64,000 nt of DNA. It comes from the human T2T-CHM13v2.0 reference genome, Homo sapiens. The translations under genes and the position numbers were made by a program. Positions 56,012-64,000 of this stretch are shown piece by piece; within the stretch, counting starts at the first letter, position 1; the number at the start of each line of letters is the position of its first letter. The notes below the pieces were generated by a model. It had not been told where the DNA came from, searched no databases, and saw nothing but the letters and a program-made list of their open reading frames with translations. The stretch lies in the NCBI RefSeq assembly GCF_009914755.1, contig NC_060932.1. One strand, 5' to 3'.

Positions 56012-56927
56012 ATGGGAAAGAATAGATGTATTTTGCTTACAAATAGAGGAAAGTGGAGACTCATGATGCAGAATTCTGGTAGATTGCACTATTTATCCAA
56101 AAATTTGTTTCTTTTCTTTTTTTAGGGCCTGCCTGGTGGCCCTCCCTGTGAGAAGGTATTCTTCCTGCTCCATTGACATCAGGCTTATTAGCCATGTTTC
56201 TGGATTTGGTCCATTTCATGTGAGTGAAAATGATAATTGCCGCTTCCAGATAAAAACTTTAAGTGCCATCCTCTGATTCTGACATTTCTCGTGTGCCTCT
56301 ACCATGATTCTGGTGTGCCACAGCTCAAGGTTGTTCCTTTGGTCTTGATTCTAGCATAAAGAGAACATGGAGCAGGGCTGCAGCTGATCTTCAAAGGGCA
56401 TGAACACAAGCCAGAGAGAAGCTGTTATTGTTGTAAGCCCTGAAGATTTGGGGGATATTATTGCAACACAACTCAGCCCAAGCTGACTAATACAACAAGT
56501 TTCTATGTATACATGGAAATGTATGTAATCTTAGCCTCAAAAAAAAAAAAAAAGAAAAAAAGAGTATCTGAAAATCCCAGGATACTCGGGGCTCATGGTG
56601 CGTAGTCAATGAAATGATTAGCTCTCTTTCTTCATCCTTCCCTCTCCAATCTTTTCTTTTCATTCTCCTTCATCTCATTCTCCTTCTCTCTGTGATTTAC
56701 AAAGCTGGTCATGGAAAAAAAACATAGGAGTCAGAAGGCTTCGATTCTAGGTTCATATGTATGAGATTTTTTGGAAAAAACTCATACTCTCAAGGAGTCT
56801 CAGTTTCCTCATCTTCAAGTGGGGATAATAACACCCTCTTTACCTATTCTGCTGGGTTCTTTTGTAGATCACATGAAAGAGAGGTTATGGAAATCCTTTA
56901 TATATGTTTTGAAAATTCTATCCAGTT

Positions 56928-57260
56928 GCTGTGGCCTGAATGTTTGTGTTCTTCAAAATTTATATGTTGAAACCTAATCACTGATGTGATGGTGTTTGAA
57001 GGTAAGGCTGTTAGAAGGTGATTGGCACAAACCCCTCATAAGAGAAGCCCCAAAGAGAGCTAGCTTGCCTGTTTCACCATGTGAGGACATGGTGAGAAGA
57101 AGCCATGTAAGAATCAGGAAACAGGTCCTCACCAGGCATGGAATATGTCAGCACCTTGATCTCGGACTTACCAGCCTCCAAACTAGTGACAAATAAATTA
57201 CTATTCACTAGCTGCCCAATTAATGGTATTTTATTATGATAGACTGAACTGACTAGGACA
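56928..57260 (+). mobile_element. MLT1A-like solo LTR
   Basis: gaatgtttgtgt...atgttgaaacctaa...ccatgtgaggacatgg...ccagcctcca...gactaggaca. Confidence 0.75.
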
Positions 57261-58777
57261 CTAGTTATATGATGAAAATACCCTACTACTATTACTACTG
57301 CTAGTACTTCCTGTATTTGCTCATATTTTTGGAGGTCTTATTATGTTCCAAGTATGGTTCTAAGTGCTTTTCATCAGTAACTCTTGTAAGAGCCTATTTT
57401 TAATTCAGCAAAGGCAACAAAATACTTTCCCTGGTTTAGTGAGGAGTATTAACTAATTGGGGGTATAAACATAACATGGTTTCGTTTTTTCAATAGTTGC
57501 TACTACTCTTGTTCTCCATAGCAACTTTGGTTTCAATTCCATAACTTTCCTGTTGTTTCTGGTCAAAGGAACAGTTGCCTCTAGTTCCTCTGTCTATTTT
57601 AATATTTTGACCCTCTCCATTCCTGTCAGGACAGGTGGAACTCGTGGCATAGGAAGTTCAAGTGGCAGAGGGGGCCCAGTCTGTACTAGTCTCTACTCCC
57701 CCAGAGGAGGAAAGAAAGCAAGACAGATGCTCCCTCACGTGGATGTCCATGGTATAGTTGCTGTCCTCCCCTTGGGTGGCCATGACTGCTATTCCTGTCC
57801 ACTGAGCTTCATGAGGGTTGGGGTGCCTCCCTCACCAGTATCAGACTCTGGGGTCCCCCAGCAGGAGGCACCGTGTGTATTCCTCTGTGGGCCTTGTATG
57901 GTCCTCCTTCCCCTTCTGCTGCGTGGGTCCCTAGGGATGCCATTGCTCCAAAAATACTTGCTTTCCCAAGCTCTTCAACTCCAGGGCTCAAAATCCCCTG
58001 GGGATCCCCTTCCTGTAGGTCTTGAGAATTGCAACTTGGGGGCAGTCCTGACCTGGTCATCGTCCTCCTCACCACCTCACTGTGCCATCTCCTCACCTCA
58101 TTCTCTAACCCCCAAAAGATGACCACTGATGACCAGTCTCCAGGTCAGTGGAGAACGTGTGTGGAGAAGTGCAGGAGGGGTGACAAAGCATCCCCAAACC
58201 TTACAAGTTATTTCCTTGATTTTGGAGAAGAAATCCACTGGGTAGTGCCCACCACCCCCTCACACAGCTCCAGCTAGAAGTAACGATTTACTCCCTCCCT
58301 ACACTCCTCTTATTTTGTCTTTGAGGGTGGGGGTGCTGGTTTTGCTGAAATGACTCTGCTCAGTCAGGCTTGTGAGAGTGGGAGGGCAGGGGGCAAAGGC
58401 AGAAAGGGAAGCAACCAGGCCTTTCTCTGCCTGTTCTCTGAACTCAGAGCATGGGGTACTAAGGACCTGGGTTCTCTGCTGTGGGCCCAAAGAGGAAACA
58501 ACAAGATCCACTTGGTACCTAATACCCTGTCACACAGAGGTACAACATCTCCAGCTTGAGGTGGTGTCCTGTGAGTGATAGCAGCTCCAGGATGGTGCAT
58601 TTACCACTGAGGAAAAGTAGAATGAGCCCCAGCGTTGGGGGAGCGATCTGGGAACTGCCCTCCTATTTGCTCCCACAATATCCTGCAGGTTCTATGATAC
58701 AGGTAGTTAGAGCTACTCACTAGGCTGCCTGTCTTCCCCTCCACTGCAGGACATGCCTGTATTTTGTCCTCATCTGT

Positions 58778-59229
58778 TGCTGTAGTTTGGATGTGTTATT
58801 TTTTTTTCCTTTGCATGAGTTTCCATGCAGAACACATGTTGGAATTTAACTGCCAATGTAATGGGTGTTGGGAGGTGGGGCCTTTATCCAAACTTTAATT
58901 AGGTCATTAAGATGATTAGTGTCCTTCTCTGGAGAGACTGGATTAGGTCTCTTGGGAATGAATTAGTTCTCGTGAAAGCTGGTTGTTATAAAGTGAGGCT
59001 GCCTCTCGTGTTTGGTGTCTTTGTACGCTTCTGCTTCCCCTTCCTTCTGCTTTCCACCGGGAGTCAAAGCAGCACCAAGTCCTCACCAGATGGGCTGCTG
59101 GATCTTGTACTTCCCAGCCTGCATGACTGTAAGCTCCATAAACCTCTTTTTATTCCTTGTAAATTACCCGGTCTTAGGTATTCAACAGAATTGAATTGCT
59201 TAGGTAGCAACACAAAACAGATGAAGACA
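58778..59229 (+). mobile_element. MST-type MaLR solo LTR
   Basis: tgctgtagtttggatg...gggaggtggggcct...cctcaccagatg...agcaacacaaaacagatgaagaca. Confidence 0.75.
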
Positions 59230-59607
59230 TCTGTATTCCCAGGACCTGGGACAGCACCTGGTATATGCAACCTACTCAGCAAATGTTCTCTAGAATCTTT
59301 AGAGATTTGGGAATATGAAGGAAAAAAAAACTAGAAAAATGGGGTGGCAGATATATTCCAGATAAAAAATATTTCAGGTGAATTCTACAAATCAGGGTGG
59401 GTTTCAGACAACTGTGAATCATGAGTATACTTGCTGGGGGAAAAATTCACATAGCAAAGACAGCTACTTCTTGCGGTACCCACTGAGGGACTGGGGCAAG
59501 GGCAATGAGAGGCATAAGCTGACTACAGATAGTTAACCCTGACATTTTCAACTTTAAAACAGTTTCATTTCCTGTTTGAAAACTTTGAGGGTCTTTTTCT
59601 GAACAAC

Positions 59608-60046
59608 TTTTTTTTTTATTATACTTGAAGTTTTAGGGTACATATGCACAACGTGCAGGTTAGTTACATATGTATACATGTGCCACGTTGGTGTGCTGCA
59701 CCCATTAACTCGTCATTTAACATTAGGTATATCTCCTAATGCTATCCCTCCCCCCTCCCCCCACCCCACAACAGGCCCTGATGTGTGATGTTCCCCTTCC
59801 TGTGTCCAAGTGTTCTCATTGTTCAATTCCCACCTATGAGTGAGAACATGAGGTGTGTGGTTTTTTGTCCTTGCTATAGTTTGCTGAGAATGATGGTTAC
59901 AATAGCAAAGACTTGGAACCAAGCCAAATGTCCAACAATGATAGACTAGATTAAGAAAATGTGGCACATATACACCATGGAATACTATGCAGCCATAAAA
60001 AATGATGAGTTCATGTCCTTTGTAGGGACATGGATGAAGCTGGAAA
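59608..60046 (-). mobile_element. 5'-inverted truncated L1PA
   Basis: Antisense 3' end 59608-59897 joined to the immediately upstream L1 segment in opposite orientation (59898-60046). Confidence 0.9.
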
Positions 60047-61219
60047 TTTTTTTGTAATAGAAGGGGCAGACATCAATTTTGTAAAAATTTCAATCTCTAG
60101 GTTTTGTTTTTAGGAACATTTCTCAGAGGTTTTTCATCATGGATATTTGAAAATGCTGATGTAAAGAGACACATCTCAATTTCAATGCTGTCACAGCCAT
60201 ATTGTCCTTCTTTGGAGAGTCTTCGAACTAGAGTAAGCCATGGAAGCTTGATAATATACAATGTGGTTGCCTATGATGACTCACTGACCTGTCCAGATTT
60301 GTAATCTGCACATTTTAATGTAAATTGAGTGGTTGATTTAAAGACATAAATTATTTTAAAAACCAGTAGACTATATTACAACAACAACAACAATGACACC
60401 CTAGGATTTCAGCATTTTCAAACTTCAAAGAATACTGAAAACTGGCTTAGACTCTTGTTCTGGGGATGCTCAGCTATGCAGAGGAGATGCTGAGATTTCT
60501 GGCAGCCATCTTGTCTACTACATAGTTAGACCTTATATGGAGAATGAAGCCAAGGAAAACCAAGAAAGACACAATCCTGATAGATGTCTAGGAGTCCCCA
60601 GACCCAATGTAAATGGAGCCAAATTAAGACAAGCAGAGCAGAGAGATCAGAGGGAGACATCCCTGATAATTCCACTGGAAGTCCAAATCCAGCCATGCTT
60701 GAAGTTATCGCATCCCTGCTTTTCCCATTTTCCCAGTTTTCTGAGAAATAAATTCCCCTTTCCTCTCTTGGTTCTGACTTTAACTAGTTTGATTTCCGAT
60801 TTAATCACCTGTAACTAAAAACATTCTCTGTAATAAACTGCATCACGAGTTTATTGGCAGGATAAATTGAGTTTATATACATAAAGCATTTCTTTGAGCA
60901 TAGTAAGTGTTCAATAAATAGACTTTAAAAAATAAAATCTATTATAATCTGAGAGTAGCTCTTGTAACTAACATAGGTCAGACAGCAAGTAAGAAGTAGC
61001 CAAGATTTCACAGTTTAAAAGTTCAATACTTATAATTTCAGCAAACAGAAAGGATCTGGGGTGGAGCCAATATGATGTGGTGGATAGAACTTGGGTCATA
61101 GAGTCAGATAGACTCGAGTTTGAAGTCCAGCTCTGCCACTTTGCCATCTGAATGACAATGAGAAAATTGCAAGCAATTCTGAGGCTTTGTTCCCTCATCT
61201 TATAAAATGGGGATAATAG

Positions 61220-62155
61220 TGATAGTGGCAGGAGGCAGTCAAATGCCTAGGAAAATAGGGCAGGTCCCTGGTGAAACTGGACCTTCAAACCAAAGAGAAT
61301 TTAAAGCCTGAAAGCCAAGCTACAAGTCTCAGATAAATCCACGGACTGGATTGAGATCCTCTCTTCCTATTTGGTGTGCTTTCCTCTGGTTGATCCCCAC
61401 CCTTCACCTATTTTACATATACCTACCCTTCCCTAATTTGTTATTTGCACTGTCATGCCCATCCTTGAGTGGTGCCTTTTTTCAGCCTTTTTTTGCATAC
61501 TCACAAACCAATCAGCATGCACTCCCACATTCTGAGCTCATAAAAACCCCAGACTCAACCACACTTGGAGGACCTCCTGCCTTCAGGTGGGTGAGACTCC
61601 CCAACTTTGGGTAGGGGGAGGCCAACTCAGGTTCCCCTCTCCGCTGAGAGCTGTTTCATCACTCAATAAAACTCTTCATCTTGCTCACCCAACAGCTGTT
61701 AGCATAACCTCATTCTTCCTGGGTGTGGGACAAGAACTCAGGACCCACCAAATGTTGAATGTGAACAGAGCTGTAACCCTGTAGCACTCCCCTCCTGCTC
61801 ACCAAGCAATGGGAGAGGGAGCTGCTGGGTGCCACATGCCCCAGTTTGTTGGGACAGGACTGAAAGAACTGTTAACATGCTGTAATACCCCCTTAGGGGC
61901 TTTGGGGTAGCTGGCATCCGAGTTTTTCGGTTGCCACCATGTTCCCTTCGTCCATATGCTGGTGCCAAAGGTGGGAGCAGGTCAAGACATGCCTGGCCCA
62001 TCCACAGGCTGGAGTGCAGGCCAAACACAGCTGCTGGGCCAAGTGGTGGAGTACCTCTTGCGGTGAGCCCAGAGCCAAGCATGGCACTGGGCAGGGGCAT
62101 CGCTGGCTGCAGAGGTCACCAACTGGTGAAGCGACACCCAAAAAATCCTGCATCA
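61220..62155 (+). mobile_element. ERV1 solo LTR (LTR27/LTR1-group-like) inserted in a MIR
   Basis: TG...CA termini, 4-bp TSD ATAG, internal CCAAT (~61508), TATA-like cataaaaa (~61539) and AATAAA (61665). Confidence 0.85.
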
Positions 62156-63828
62156 ATAGTACCTCCTTGTAATAATTAAAATAATCAAGAATGTAGCATT
62201 ATTCCTGGCAAATAGACTTTCAGCAAATGCTGGCTGCCTCCCTCCTCCAGTATCTGCCACCTCTACAGGCTGGCCCCTTTTACAGGTTAGAATTTTATTT
62301 GTCAAAGCAAAGCACAAGGTTTACTGCCCCAAAGTATCTTCCCTTATGATGCTTCTGAAGGTGTGGTAAGGCTGTTGAAGAGTTGTAAAGAGGGGTTTAT
62401 TGTTTTATATCCAAAGTGCTTTCTAATGAATATTTTATGATTTTTCTCACTGTTTGATAATTTTGTAGGATTCAAACAAGTGAGGAAACTTGATTTGTTT
62501 TGGAGAAAAAAAGAGAGAGAATCACTATGACTAATAACAGAGCCTATCTGTTCTGGGTACCAGAGATCCCCGGTTGGTGACCCCATCCCTGACTGCAGCA
62601 TTAAGTCCTGAGTCATCTATCCCAATCAGCTCGTAGCAGTCTTCTTAATGTCTCCTATTGTTTAAGCATGGTCATTTGCCTAAATCGATACAATAAGACT
62701 AAATTAAAGGATATATACTTCAGTAATTTACATGCTTCAGGTAAAGATTTCTCACCCTTGCTGACATGAACATGGAGCACAAAGCTTTTAAGACCACGGA
62801 TTTTTTAGCTGCTGTCTTGGCACTATGAGGGGACCCAGCCTTAGGATGAAGCCAGGTGCTGAGGACAGCAGAGCACAGGAATGGAAAGAACTCACGTCTA
62901 TGATAACATCTTTGAACTGATAATTATACTGCACCTGGATGCCTCTTACCTCTGGACTTAATGTTATGTGAGGCAATCGATTTCCTTATTCTTATGAAAA
63001 CCAGTTTCTGTGAAACTGATCAGTATCAAGCATGAAGCATGCTTCATGAAGCAGCATCAGACAGTAGAAAATACCAGGGCAGCTGCAGGTCACAGCCCTG
63101 AAATCTGGCCATGGGGTTCATATCCTGCTTCCACTTGTGCTAGCTGTGTGGCCTTGGGGAACATACTCAACCTCTGGCGGCTTCAGTTTCTGCATCTGAA
63201 AAACAATGATAATAATAGAGTTCCTCACAGGATAAACGTGCGTAACACACATAATGTAGTGCCTGGCCCATGGTAAGTCTCAATAAAATCTGACTTGTAA
63301 TTATGGTTCCCTCTAGGTGTGAAGATCATCTCAGGATCCACAGATTGATTTGAAAGTGGATTCCCAGTCCTCTTCCTTTCTGTCATTGACTCTGTGTCTC
63401 TTTATTACTTTGGGTTTTTCTCACTTTTCCTTTCCTGATCTTCCTCCTCTCATTCCTTTAACTAGCCATAATTGGGATTGATTTATAGCTTTATTTGTTG
63501 TATTTTAAAATATGTAATTTTACATTTTCTCTTTTTAATTTAAGAAGTCAAAGAATGGAACATTTTATATTTCCTTCAATAAAAAAGAACCTTTTTATTT
63601 GATTTTTATATATATCCCCATTAAATTTCATCTGCTTGGCTTTGGTCCAGTGTTCCACCTTGTCAGAATCATTTTCCATCTTGACACTGTCAGTTATTGG
63701 CTTTGCCATCCTTCCTGGCTTTATTTCATCTGCCTTTTAAACCTTCACCAAGTTCTTGACAAAACCTGCAATTAAGGACGGCTCTATCAGTTAGCAGGTG
63801 AGGTGTATGTGCTGGAAAACTCTAAATC

Positions 63829-63990
63829 AATGCTCCTCAAACTCCGGTGACCATAAGAATCACCTGGAGAGCTTGTTAAAGCACAGATTTGTGGTCCCCT
63901 CACCTGAGATTCTGATTCAGTGGGTCTGGAGGGGGGACTTTGCATTTCTAATAAGCTCCCAAGTGATGCTGCATAGGGCTGCCACAAATA
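63829..63990 (+). mobile_element. MER5A-family MITE
   Basis: agaatcacctggagagcttgttaaa...gattctgattcagtgggtctgg...ttgcatttctaataagctccc. Confidence 0.8.
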
Positions 63991-64000
63991 GTAGGGGCTC

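Larger units (their letters stand above)
53687..56493 (+). mobile_element. MLT1 (MaLR) element with LTR-internal-LTR structure
   Basis: Two related LTRs starting ggtagatt..tattt..ccaaaa and ending aagct..ctaatac (~53687-54282 and ~56077-56493) flank an MLT-int-like segment. Confidence 0.6.

Noticed and set aside
57553-58122. 189-aa ORF in a moderately GC-rich segment
   Set aside because: Non-ATG start, no recognisable family, no exon structure. BLASTX/Dfam would be needed; an old repeat remnant is more likely.
63031-63048. Perfect 18-bp palindrome catgaagcatgcttcatg
   Set aside because: About 0.25 are expected by chance in 64 kb (64000/4^9), and there is no supporting context.

Overview
Primate genomic DNA, almost certainly human chr8q24.22, upstream of ZFAT. 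It is identified by exact matches to the pre-miR-30d (18767-18836) and pre-miR-30b (14411-14498) hairpins on the minus strand, 4356 bp apart. The window appears to hold a complete ~40-kb minus-strand host transcription unit. It starts at a CpG-island promoter (~45.3-46.8 kb; CRE, RFX X-box, E-box, CCAAT, GC boxes), has a first exon ending at a perfect CAG|GTGAGT donor (45883), several candidate internal exons and a ~6.5-kb terminal exon, and ends at a canonical AATAAA plus GU-rich poly(A) site near 5.9 kb. The rest is ordinary mammalian repeat landscape (Alu, L1, MIR/L2/CR1, MaLR/ERV1 LTRs, hAT and Tigger MITEs), including several nested insertions. No conventional protein-coding gene and no prokaryotic-type system is supported, and I could not establish a new biological system. 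The best leads are: 3' splice sites right upstream of both miRNA hairpins (one exactly at the miR-30d basal junction), a Kozak-context 80-codon ORF in the host first exon, and a ~165-bp local duplication bracketing miR-30b. Repeat subfamily names and exon calls are by eye and need RepeatMasker or RNA-seq confirmation.
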